Positions 11,904 through 22,300 of a stretch of DNA of 64,000 nucleotides are shown piece after piece (position 1 is the stretch's first letter; each line of letters starts with the position of its first letter). Below the pieces are notes generated by a model. It saw only the letters and a list, made by a program, of their open reading frames with translations, searched no databases and was not told where the DNA came from. The DNA is from Minutocellus sp. GHC0000111 (Eukaryota): positions 992,001-1,056,000 of the forward strand of contig OZ361257.1 in NCBI GenBank assembly GCA_977018835.1. The letters run 5' to 3'. The translations under genes and the position numbers were made by a program.

Positions 11904-13133
11904 TTATGCATTTTCCTCTTCTTCTTCCTCTTCATCTTGATGACCAGGGATGAATCCAACATATCGTTCACCTTTATCATTTGGATAAATGAACCTAATG
12001 CAAAAGACTAGACAGGTTGGCAAGGGCTTCCGATCAAGCCAACCTCTCACATGATACACCTCAGTTGCATAGTACCAATACAGCATGTTCCTCTTCAAAT
12101 TATTTGCCATGGCTTCGACTGGCATGGTGGTTGCGTAGTATTTGTCAGCGATATCCTCCAGGTCCTCCTCCGTCGGCACCAGCATTTCTTCGCAGACGCA
12201 TTTCTGAAAGAAGAGTGTGCCGTACATTGAGCAGCTTCGGTTGGCGGCAGTGCAGCAAGCAGGGGGTATTGGCGGCCTCTCTCTGGTCTCGTCCCAATTA
12301 CCGAATGTGTCTGCCTCCGGCGCTGCCGTCGGATCATCGTCGGCTTCCTCACAAACGGCCGCAACAAGAGCATCCGTGTCCGATCTGATCGCTGCTGATG
12401 GCCCACCATCTACCTGCAGAAGTTGGCCCATTCCAACAATATCAAAATCAACTAGTCCAATCCCAGCAGTAGAGTGTATGTCATCATATGGAGCCACATG
12501 CCATCGGTGGAACTTTGTCAATTTGATCACATGGCCCTGTTGTAGACTTCGGGCCTTTTCGGTAATTGTCAGGGCAACACGAGCGACGATAAGCTTTCCG
12601 CTTCCATCAAGCAAAGTAAGCGATGTGGTGTTGAAAGGTCGGCCGTGCGCAGCAAGAGCCGATCCAATATCGATCCGTTTCCCATGAAGTTGAAATATAG
12701 GGAAGAATTCAGGTCCGGCGTCAAACATGGGATCTTGCAATTGATCGACGATGCCGACCGTCAGCCTCAACTTCACATCAGCCACGGACAGGTTGGTAAC
12801 TACGAGGCCGGGCCGCTCAGCAGCGACATCAATATCATCCCGAACATGATACTTATCAGCGCGAGCCTCGACTGCTTTGACAAGATGTTGAAGTGCATGG
12901 CCGACGCCGGGATTGTTCCATAATTCTCGTCCTTGTCCGTTCGGGTCGTTCTCCAACGTGACGGCGAGGCCCTCCAGTATCTCGGTAACGGCGTCTTTCG
13001 CTTTGTCCTCCGCCTTCTCTTTCTTCTTGTCAACAGGCAAAATCGGGCGACCGGAGTTATCTGTCTTGAGTTTCCGCAACCGCGTATCTGCGTTGTGGGC
13101 CGGGCCGGCACTATTATCAGCGCTGCGCTTCAT
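11904..13133 (-). CDS. KolX accessory protein of the Kolobok element, with a putative N-terminal OB fold
   Basis: C-terminal CC...C...CVC...RNMLYWYYATEVY...RKPLPTCLVFCIRFIYP...YVGF resembles the KolX / P2X7-ballast motif. Intact 409-aa ORF, tail-to-tail with the transposase. Confidence 0.8.
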   Translation of the reverse strand: MKRSADNSAGPAHNADTRLRKLKTDNSGRPILPVDKKKEKAEDKAKDAVTEILEGLAVTLENDPNGQGRELWNNPGVGHALQHLVKAVEARADKYHVRDDIDVAAERPGLVVTNLSVADVKLRLTVGIVDQLQDPMFDAGPEFFPIFQLHGKRIDIGSALAAHGRPFNTTSLTLLDGSGKLIVARVALTITEKARSLQQGHVIKLTKFHRWHVAPYDDIHSTAGIGLVDFDIVGMGQLLQVDGGPSAAIRSDTDALVAAVCEEADDDPTAAPEADTFGNWDETRERPPIPPACCTAANRSCSMYGTLFFQKCVCEEMLVPTEEDLEDIADKYYATTMPVEAMANNLKRNMLYWYYATEVYHVRGWLDRKPLPTCLVFCIRFIYPNDKGERYVGFIPGHQDEEEEEEENA

Positions 13134-13292
13134 CGTAATGAAGAGGGGGCAGAGCGGCGATTCTCATGGTGGGGTCGAGTTTTTGTCATGCTTCGCTCGT
13201 CATAAGAAATAAGAATAAGGGGGATTAAAAACGGGGGAAATTATGGACAGCGCCCTCTTAACGAATCGACACGCACAGATAGCGTAGCAGCC

Positions 13293-13348
13293 GCCGCCTG
13301 CCGCCTGCCGCCTGCCGCCTGCCACCTGCCACCTGCCGCCTGCCACCG
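13293..13348. repeat. Heptamer tandem repeat (GCCRCCT) x about 8
   Basis: GCCGCCT x4, GCCACCT x2, GCCGCCT, GCCACCG read directly. Confidence 0.9.
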
Positions 13349-13571
13349 CTACCGAACATGCAACCGAACAATGACATGCTATTGTCGTCAGCCCCACTTG
13401 TTCTTATGCCAGCTCCTGACTTGCTTACTTTTGCCGATACCCGACCATCTGCCCAACTGAAAGGCCATGATCAATAGGATTCAGAAGCGGCTCCGGTTTA
13501 CGCCAGCGTCTTCGGTGCATGCCAGCGACATTCTTCGTCAAGAATGCCAATGCGATGGTGGCAATCTTCGC

Positions 13572-14240
13572 ATGTCATGGAATTCGGTGCCAGCTCGGTG
13601 CGATCAACGAAATACTGACATTCCTCGCATCATATCCTGGAATTCCTGGACTTTGCTGCCGCTTCTTTTGTTCGGTTGGTGCTTTTGTGGTACGAGTCGA
13701 GGAGCAGATGCCTTTGTCATTCCAGAAATAACAGCGAAACACTACAAGATGCCGACAAAAGTTGACACAAAGCTTTGGTATCAAGAAGAATACAAGGAAG
13801 GCGATGACGAAAATGAAGCAAACAAAAACACTAGCAACGAAAACAGTGGCGTTGTGGGGAGGAGACGCCGATCTTGAGGCACCAAGTGAGTCAGTTGACG
13901 ATCTATCCTGGAAGTTGGCAAAGATACGACTCGAACAGGAAAATACCAAACGATTCCTAAAGGCAGGTCCGAGATTTCTACCGTACGAAGAATGTAGGAA
14001 TTGGGTGACGGCGTGGAATCGCTGGGATACGGAGCAAGATTGGAAGAATTGGATTCGGGAGGGAGAGAAGAGGAACGCGTACATTCCGGCTCGACCCGAT
14101 GAGTACTACGGCAAGCTTGGACAGTGGAAGGTTGGGCTCACTTTTTGGGGAGAGAAGAGGATGAAAAGTGTGGAGGTGAAGATGGAGGTGGAGAGGACAC
14201 GCCGGTAGGAGAAGGCGATGGTGCTGAAGATGGAAAGTAA
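13572..14240 (+). CDS. Probably plastid-targeted protein with a single integrase-repeat-unit-like Trp-rich domain; two apparent frameshifts
   Basis: Signal ending ADA-FVIP. FLPYEECRNWV...W.TEQDWKNW..EG.KRNAYIPARPDEYY...GQWK(G)WAHFLG. Shifts in G-runs near 13858 and 14130. Confidence 0.6.
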
Positions 14241-14345
14241 AAGAGACGAATCACATACATGTAGTGTGATGCAAATCGAAAAATATCAGGCAAAGTTGAG
14301 AAGATTCCTCACGAAAAATTATAGAACGTTCACTCTTTGCAATAG

Positions 14346-15846
14346 AGAGTGATTCCACGAGACCGCCGACAAAATCGCCGTAAATAGTAAGGCACTAGGA
14401 AATTTTTTTGTGCGATACTTTATGCAGCGCAAAAATGAACCCACTAAATGGCCTCTCTCAACACGGCGAAAGCAAGGAGAATTCATCTCCACAAGAAGGC
14501 CACCAAATGATGGTATAACGATAAATAACTCCAAGCCAACCGATGTATACGCCAACTACATGCGTTAGGTGAGTATTGCATACTTGAAAGCAAACTCATT
14601 CGTACATCATGTGCTATTTTAGCAACATCTCCTCATGCCCAGAAATTTTCAATATTTTTTTACCCTCAAAATGGCAAAGAAGGATGGCTGATGCTTGTCT
14701 ACATCCATTTCAATCCTCCCTGACCGGCATTACTTTCACTTGGGTAATATTGGGAGCAAGTTTGCGCCAGAGGGTCGATATTGGGCCCCATCTTTGTATC
14801 ATTGTGGCCGTCACCATGGAAAGCAAAAACATCTGAAAGTAGCAAATCCCCAACTACAACCCCCTTCAAGCCTCAACCACTGTTCCTTCACGCAATATCA
14901 GCACGCACGATGCTCATTCTATATTACATCCATCGATCTCACGTGTTGGTTTGGCCGCTTTCTCCGGTTTCGTTCCTCTCGGGCGGCAGAAGCAATGAAG
15001 GTGAAATCTGGTGCCGACATCAGACACGGGACTTTGGGAATAGTTTTCTCTATGAATTGTCAAGAAATGCCACCACCCCCCACTCAAATGCGCTTGGTAT
15101 ATATATGGGTGAAGCGTCGACGGCTCAGTGCAACGGAAGTGGTGCATGGACCGCATAAAAGCATCCGGACCAACTTTCGGATGGGTGGTGTAATGGGGGT
15201 GGTAATGGCGCTGGGCCACATTTCGCGGTACAGGCACGCACCGACGCACCGCTATCGCCCAAAAATCCCTTCCAGTAATATTCAGGAAGGCATCTAGGTG
15301 GTCAGAGTGTATGCGATGGCCGGGGTGGTGCTGTACATCGGGCGAACATGGTCGTGATGGAACGTCGGAAACTGTCGAAAAAATCGGGTCTAACGCGAAC
15401 GAATTTTTCAAGGCTCAAAAAAGTAATTGCAAGTCTCCTGCTGCACCACAGTGTTGTGAAAGGCTATTACAAGGGTATGGTGCCCCGTAGTCTTGATTGT
15501 TCTCAATGGGAGGCACGTCGGCGACACATGTTGTGGCCCCATTCGTTGAACGAAATGGGTTTTGTTTCGTTATAAAGTTTGATGTATTTTTTCTTTCTTG
15601 AAACAGCACAAGTGTATTCTACGACATAAAAATAAATTTTCAAACAATAGTGTACCAAAAGAAACACTCTAATACCGTATCTATATCATGTGCTAAAAGA
15701 GCACCAAGATCATTGTACCAACTTCCTTTTATTGTTGATTATGGTCTACAATACCCTTCTGAGTAAGGATCATCAATAAAAGGAAGTTGGTACAATGTTT
15801 ACGAAACATCGCGGAGGGGGTGTCTGCTCTCTCGTGAAATCACTCT
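14346..15846. mobile_element. Non-autonomous TIR element (about 1.5 kb) with AGAGTGATTYCACGAGA ends
   Basis: Left end AGAGTGATTCCACGAGA. Right end TCTCGTGAAATCACTCT (16/17 complementary). No recognisable intact gene inside. Confidence 0.6.
15711..15797. repeat. Perfect 24-bp inverted repeat with 39-bp spacer
   Basis: CATTGTACCAACTTCCTTTTATTG (15711-15734) and CAATAAAAGGAAGTTGGTACAATG (15774-15797). Confidence 0.9.
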
Positions 15847-15854
15847 AGAGAGAG

Positions 15855-15929
15855 AGAGTGATTCGGGGAAAATACATGTAGTGTTCAAAACTATTGGAAC
15901 AGTTCAAAAATGAGCTCCCGAATCACTCT
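15855..15929. mobile_element. 75-bp miniature inverted-repeat element related to the adjacent TIR element
   Basis: AGAGTGATTCGGG ... CCCGAATCACTCT (13-bp perfect IR), separated from the larger element by (AG)4. Confidence 0.55.
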
Positions 15930-16231
15930 ATTACGATAAATTGAAAGTTGAGAGGCTCTAGATCTAGTAGCTTTATCCGCATGAAGAATAGAAAACTTTG
16001 TGTGAGCTTGCTACCGGTACATGTAACATGTACGGTGCCATGGCCAGCGAGATAGAGTGGCCGCATCGAGCGGCCGAGATGTCCTGCCTGACTCACTGGG
16101 TGGCATGCCTTAAGGCCTCGCAGTGATTACCAATCTCCCAGTTCTTCAGCGCAAATGGCGGGCTGGCTGACTTGGCCAGTGAGGCGAGGTGCTATTCAGC
16201 ATGCTTCGTTACGAGTAGAGCGCATACCGCC

Positions 16232-17446
16232 ATGAAGTATGCCATTGCGCCCACCCTCGTGTCATGCTTGCTACTTTCTTTCAGTTCTTGTTCTGAGGCA
16301 TTTGTCGCCGCCGCCGTGAACCAATGTGGCGAAAGAGCGGCGAGCGAAACGCTGATGCTGTTCCATGCTCATGACAACGAAAATGCTGACATCGATCGAC
16401 GGACAGCCATCTCTCGAGCCATACGGTCGTCGGCCTTGATTTCAGCCACTCTTGGCGCACTTGATGTTAGGCCCAGTTGGGCGGGCGAAGTGGGAAACAA
16501 GATGAACGCCGCGGTCACGCAGTCAGACCTTGGAATCTCTGTTCGTCGATCGATTGTTCGTGGAGCCCAGATGATGGACAAGATTGACGGTAGGTGGGAG
16601 AAGTTCAGTGACGACTTTGGCCTTGGGGTTGAACGATCCAAGAGAGAGGCGAGACCTGAAGAACGAGAGATACCTCCTCTGAAGCCTCTCGACGAAGACG
16701 CTGCCCGTGCAATATTGGATGCAGCGAAAGCAGCATTCCTGACTATAGTTCCAATCAATAAAGATGAATTGGAACGAAAGATTGATAAGGTCGATTCCTT
16801 GGTTCGCAAGTCATTCGAACGAGCTGGTCTCGAAATCAACGAGAAAGATGTAGATGCTGAAACATTCAATTACCTTGCATACACAACTTTCAAGGCCTTT
16901 AATGAAATCTTGGTCGAACGCAATGTCAACTTTAAAAAGTTTCGTGGCCCATTCGAGACGGAGCTTGGTAGGAGGTTGTGTCAAATATTATTGCCAAACG
17001 CAAGTAGTACGAAGAAAAATGATGCTCCCGCCGGCACCACAATCGATCCTGATGCATTGAAAAATGCGCTATCAGCAGCCCTGGTAGATGTCGATAGACT
17101 GCTTTCGATACTCGTTTCGAAGGGATTGGTCGCAGCAACTGAACGAGCGAGTATTGACAATGAGAAGACCAACGATTGGTCTGACGATTTGTCTGATTTG
17201 CAATTTAGCATCGCTCTTGATAAGGACATTACTCAAAATGGACAGATTTTGCTAGGTGAACAGGGCTTTCGGTTGGTGCCTGACTTTGCTCGATTCGCGA
17301 TTAGTTCGATTCTTCGAAACTACCTATCGCCGTTGAAAGAAGAGGTGACCACAGAAGAGTACTATATGGACACCTCATACAGCTCAGACCCCAATCTTTT
17401 TGAGGTGAAGCAGGTTCTACTAAATATTGTGATTGAATCGATGTGA
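16232..17446 (+). CDS. Uncharacterised plastid protein, probably thylakoid-lumen targeted
   Basis: Signal ending SEA-F, twin-arginine DRRTAI followed by a hydrophobic stretch and PSWA cleavage-like site; 404-aa open frame. Confidence 0.7.
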   Translation: MKYAIAPTLVSCLLLSFSSCSEAFVAAAVNQCGERAASETLMLFHAHDNENADIDRRTAISRAIRSSALISATLGALDVRPSWAGEVGNKMNAAVTQSDLGISVRRSIVRGAQMMDKIDGRWEKFSDDFGLGVERSKREARPEEREIPPLKPLDEDAARAILDAAKAAFLTIVPINKDELERKIDKVDSLVRKSFERAGLEINEKDVDAETFNYLAYTTFKAFNEILVERNVNFKKFRGPFETELGRRLCQILLPNASSTKKNDAPAGTTIDPDALKNALSAALVDVDRLLSILVSKGLVAATERASIDNEKTNDWSDDLSDLQFSIALDKDITQNGQILLGEQGFRLVPDFARFAISSILRNYLSPLKEEVTTEEYYMDTSYSSDPNLFEVKQVLLNIVIESM

Positions 17447-17554
17447 TGTTTAAATGCGCAGCAAAATAATTGGATCGAAACTATCATTATTACTCAAAAA
17501 TGAATGATGAATAGTACGTAGTAAGAGGGTTTAAGCTGAGTCTGCCGATGATTC

Positions 17555-18829
17555 TTAGTCGGTGCCATTGCTTGTAACATTGCCTGGTGCAAAGAAGGAC
17601 GTCAAAGGTTTGACTCCGCTGTTGGCTTCCGAGTTAGCTTTGGACTTGGCCTCCTCCTTGGCCTTCTCTTTGATTTTGTGTTCTTCTTTCTGCTCATCGA
17701 TGAGACTCCGAACATCCTCCTGCAGAAACACAAAGCTTGGCTTGGTCTCGCATACCTGCAGGATATCGTCGGGGACGATTTTTCTCCGGTTCTGCAAGGT
17801 GGCGACTTGGACGGAACTCGTGCCGAGGGCAGCAACGAACAACTCAGATGCCTTGGTAATGAGCTGAATACCCTCCTTGGAAAGGCCCTTGACATCCGGA
17901 TCAAGCTTGACAATCTTGCGCACCCTGGCAACGGGAAGGACGAAACCACCCTGCGCTCCACCAGATCCGGCGGCTTTGTCCTCGATGAGAAGACCGGCTT
18001 CGCGCAAGGCCTCGGTCTCCAAAGCCACCCGCTCCTTCTCCTCCCTGGCCTTGCTTTGGTACTTCTCCTTCTCCTCCGGAGACAGCTTGCTCCAGAGTTC
18101 ACCAATCTTCTTCGCGATGGTACCAACAGCCTCTCCAGGATTCTAATAGATATAAACACATCGAGGAATGGTAAGTGCGAGATATTGTTGTACATATATA
18201 AGCCATATAAGCCAAACCGTGCGATTGTACGAGAAAATTGTTGAAAAATGAAGAATAGATTGCATGGGAGCATCACAAGATGTGCCGTGCTTGCACCAAT
18301 ACTTGCTAGCACAACGATCAAGAATTCAACTCACCGCCTCGACAACTTCTGGGCGCTTCTCGTCGGCAAACATGAAGTAGGCCGTCCTAGCCTTCTTCAC
18401 CTTGGTCGGTGCGGAGGGCAATTCAAAATCAATCTCCTTCCGCTTTTTGGCGGTCGCGTCGCCGTCGGCGTCGGACTTGCTGCTCTTTGCTTCCTCGTTA
18501 TCATCACCGTCTTCTTCATCGCCATCGTCACTATCACCCACTTCATCGTCGCCGGAGTCATCCGCATCGTCGCCTTCGACGTCCTCTTCTTCCTCGCCCT
18601 CGCCCTCCTCTCCCGCTGAGGCTTCCGCATCATTCATCTCGGCATCTTCGGCTACTGCGCTTTCATCGGCAGCGGCAGCGGCAGCGGCGGCGGCAGCGGC
18701 GGCGTCCGCATCGGTTGCGGCGGCAGCGGCTCCTTCCACTTCGGCTTGACCTCCCGGCTGATCACCGTCGCCAGCTTCTGCAACGTCAGCTGCTGGTGGG
18801 GCGTCTCCCTTGGCATCGGTCATGCTCAT
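17555..18829 (-). CDS. HMG-box plus H2A-like histone-fold (NF-YC/CHRAC15/DPB3-type) protein (intron 18143-18334)
   Basis: Acidic N-terminus. KKARTAYFMFADEKRPEVVEA|NPGEAVGTIAKKIGELWSKLSPEEKEKY (HMG). LPVARVRKIVKLDPDVKGLSKE...TKASELFV...RRKIVPDD...FVFL (histone fold). Confidence 0.85.
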
Positions 18830-19314
18830 TGTCTTGCTGGATGCAAAATATGAGGCCGCGGCCACAAAAATCGCGCAATGGCGCGCCGGCCACGCCAAGC
18901 ACGCGCGCCGGCTCCTCAAATAAATTCTCAAAAGTCAGGCTGCCAGCTGTCGTTTTCACTGAATTCTACCAATTGGTACAGTAGAGTTCGAGACTGTATT
19001 CTACAGTGGAGTTCGAGGATATCGTGCACAATACAAGAATAAGAAAAAATGAAGTCAATTTACCGGTCGCGTTGCGGTGTACAGCTGTACTAAATGTACA
19101 GTCCTAGCTAGCTAGATCTAGATCTAGGAGTATGTATGTCTACATGTGCTGTAAAAAACGAAGCACCTGACCTCCCGATGTTCCATCTTTTCCTTGTGTT
19201 TTGCATTGCTTGGCTGGCTCAGTCAGGCTCTCAAGACCCTTTTTTGTCGCGAATTATTGCCTAGCTACGTGTAGCTCTCGACTTGACTGCGTAGCTCGTA
19301 GCAGAATTTATTTC

Positions 19315-22300
19315 CTACCACGGAATGGGGAAGAAGCTCAGCATAATGTGACCGTGGAGATGCTCGAGCAGCTTCTCGGAATCCCCCTCCTCGTCATCCA
19401 TTATCTTTGCTCGGCCGTCCATGTCAAAGTCGCTATCTTCAGAGTATTCATCCGACTCAGATTCGAAGAAAGCCATAGCCCTCTCTTCGGCACGTTTGAT
19501 GGAGGCCATCTCTTCAGTGATGGCCGAAGCCAAATTTCGGTGCATCGTACGGCTCTTCCGTGGAACTGGATTCATTAGAGCAAATTCCTGCATTGTGGGT
19601 ACCACCCATGCCTCATTGTCAGGAGAGGGCAGGAAGGTGGCATCAGTTTTGTTCCTTGCAAGGCTGCCAGTAACACTGTTGCTTCGTGAATGTGTCGGAG
19701 CTGTGGATTCTGACTCCACTGTCTCCGCAGTTTTTCTCGCTCGGGAAATATCACTGAGCATTTCTACCGTTCCGTTTCGTCGAAATCCTTGTCCAATGCT
19801 CTTATTCTTTGTTGCTCGACCAATCTCTTCTCTTCTTTCTGCAAATCGATCCCTTAGCTTGCCGATAACAGGGGGGGAAGAGCTTCTGTTATCATCTGTT
19901 TCACTGGTGCCCAGGGGAGCAGACGGTGCGAACTCGTGCCCATTACTGGGTGACGCCAAAGTTTCACTCTTCACGGTGGAATGCTGCGAAAGTTCCACTT
20001 GTCGCTGCAATATCTGCTCGCCATAGTACTGCTGCATTGATTTGAAGGCATCGCCAACAGTGAATTTACACAGGCCTAGAGGCTTGTTCTGGGTCGAGGT
20101 TGTAGCAATCGACTTATAGTGCCAAAGATAAACAGCAATGACATCTGATAGCTGCATGTCAGAACATCGCAATGTCAAAGTTTCCTCGTAGATGATTACG
20201 TATTTCGATACCTCCAGAGAACTTGTTGTCGGTGCATCTACGTCGTCCTCCTCGAGCAGTTTCGGCTTCCTTGCGGTGCTCAAGATGTGCTCTTTGTCTC
20301 TCAGACGCATCAGACTGATCGTCCGTCGTCCTGGATTTCTCCGTTTGTCATCAGCGGCTACAGTGGAATTTGAATCGTTGAGAGACATTAGAACATTGGC
20401 GGGTGCAGATGAGAGAATGATATATTGCGAGAAAGGAGATGGTGTCCACAAGTATTCCCCCCTTCTTTCGAAATCAAGGTACGGAATGACAGGCTACAAA
20501 GCCCACTCCAAAACTTACCCTTGGCCTGGCGAAATTCCTTCGCTGTCTGGGGTTTCTTTTCTTCCTCGTCATCAAAAGATCCCACCTTCAGTTTAGCGCC
20601 CTTGTACTTTTTCTGATAACGGACGCTGTGGATTCTAATTCCAATGCACTTGATGTAAGGCATAACAACTTGACCGATGCCCGTTCCCCACTGGACGATT
20701 CGTACGGGACGGCAACGAGATTCGATGACGCCAACTTCAAGCAAGCTGGTAGTATTACCTGTTCCTTCCAGAACCTTCGCGGTGAAGCCAAGGGCGCCAA
20801 CAAATGGTGCAACGACGAGGCCACCAACTCCGCTCACCATACCCTTGGCGACCGCTTTTGCCGATCGCTTCTTGAGTCCTCGGTAGGGATTTCCAACGAC
20901 GCCAGCAACACCGTGGAGTAGAGTCATGCCGAGGAACTGAGTACCCTCAATAACTCCTTCTCCAATGTTACCAGGCGCGTCCTCTCTCTTTGATGACTTC
21001 TTCGGCTTCAAATCCTTGGAAGTGTATTCATTGGTGGCAATTGAATCTAGTAGCTCACTGAATTCGCCGGTGATGTTACCCGCAAAGTCAAGTGTACCGC
21101 CAAAGACATTCTTCGTTGCAGAAGTAAGTCCCTTCCCAACTTCTTGATCTCCGGTTGCGATGTTCGCGAGGTCGGAGACACCAGATCTGTAATGATCAAA
21201 GAGCTCTTGTGGATCACCAAACAACTGCATGCTGAATACGACCTTGTAGCTCTGGTAAATGGTTTGGAAGACATAAAAGGAAATAACCTCGTACAAAAGA
21301 TCTTCTGCATTGGCATATGTATCGATTCGATTCATACCATCGTACTTAAACTTTGGAGAGACATGGGCGAACTTCGCAGCGACGTTATTGACCCAAGTCA
21401 GCAGTCCTGCCGAAAGGTTCGAAGAAGTTTGCTTACCGAGCGAGCTCAGCGCAACCATTGAGTCCCCACCCATGTCGTCGTCGTCGGCAATAGCCCCTCC
21501 AGCTTCTTCGTCGGGTTTCACATCAAGCTCCGTCTCAACAAAGGTCGGTAGGATCGAGAACTTTTCAATGTAAGTTAGAGTAGCATCATGCCTACTCCGT
21601 GTGGGATATTCAAGCTGACAATTGACAAGCCCGAGCGTATGGAGAGTATCGCGAAGGACCTGATCGGCACCGGGCTCTGGGAGGGAATTGATGAGCAAGT
21701 CGGCAATGCGAAGCAGATATGATAGCTCAATCTGACATTTCAATGGACTGAGGTAGACATTCAATGCCGGAATCCAAGTCTGCGGGGGAGAAAGAGCAAT
21801 GTCGGCAAAGAACCCGATCAAAGAAGAAATGTTTTGTCAATTGAGAGTGAAACAATAAACAGGAAGTGCATTGGGATAAGTAGCAGAGGAGGGAAGAGGC
21901 TGGCCGCATACGTACCATGTGTTTTTGGGGAAGATAACTAATCGAAGCCTCAAAGAATGGCATCGGCCAATCCGCCGTATCAACCCAATAAAAGTCATTC
22001 GGAGATACCTCCTTTCCATCGCTGTATTTTGCCAAGAGGAGGCTAAGCTCTCCGCTTTCGTTTACCCTTCTGTCGACACCCAGAGGTAAAGGTTCTAATA
22101 TCACTGGATATTGAGCTGAAGGGAACATGCTATCAACCTGAACATGTCGGAGACGACAGGTGGTGGATATTTCACCCCTGCGCTTGTAGATGGATAGATG
22201 TCGGACGGTCATACTCATGAGTTCGTGAGGGAAGTCGTCGACGAGAGAAAATGTAGCGCCCAATGCAAAGATGTCATAATTAATTGACTTCCAAAAGCCA

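Larger units (their letters stand above)
9018..13257. mobile_element. Kolobok-superfamily DNA transposon with both termini intact
   Basis: TTAA at 9014-9017 and 13258-13261. TIRs GAGGGCGCTGTCCA(C/T)AA(C/T)TT at 9018-9037 and 13238-13257 (18/20 identical). Convergent transposase and KolX genes. Confidence 0.88.

Noticed and set aside
9014..13261. piggyBac, Sola3 or Mutator classification of the TTAA element
   Set aside because: TTAA and GAG ends also fit Sola3, but the convergent KolX-like gene and the transposase motifs fit Kolobok. piggyBac ends begin with CC, and Mutator makes 9-11-bp duplications
14609..15609. ORFs of 64-200 aa inside the TIR element
   Set aside because: No recognisable motifs, overlapping frames on both strands, not supportable as genes
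17555..18829. HMG-box sex-determination locus
   Set aside because: The HMG box is fused to a histone fold and looks like a general chromatin factor; nothing in the sequence shows sex linkage
18977..19017. TACAGT...ACTGTA and a 16-bp direct repeat resembling Tc1/mariner ends or a tRNA T-loop
   Set aside because: Too short, no element body and no cloverleaf
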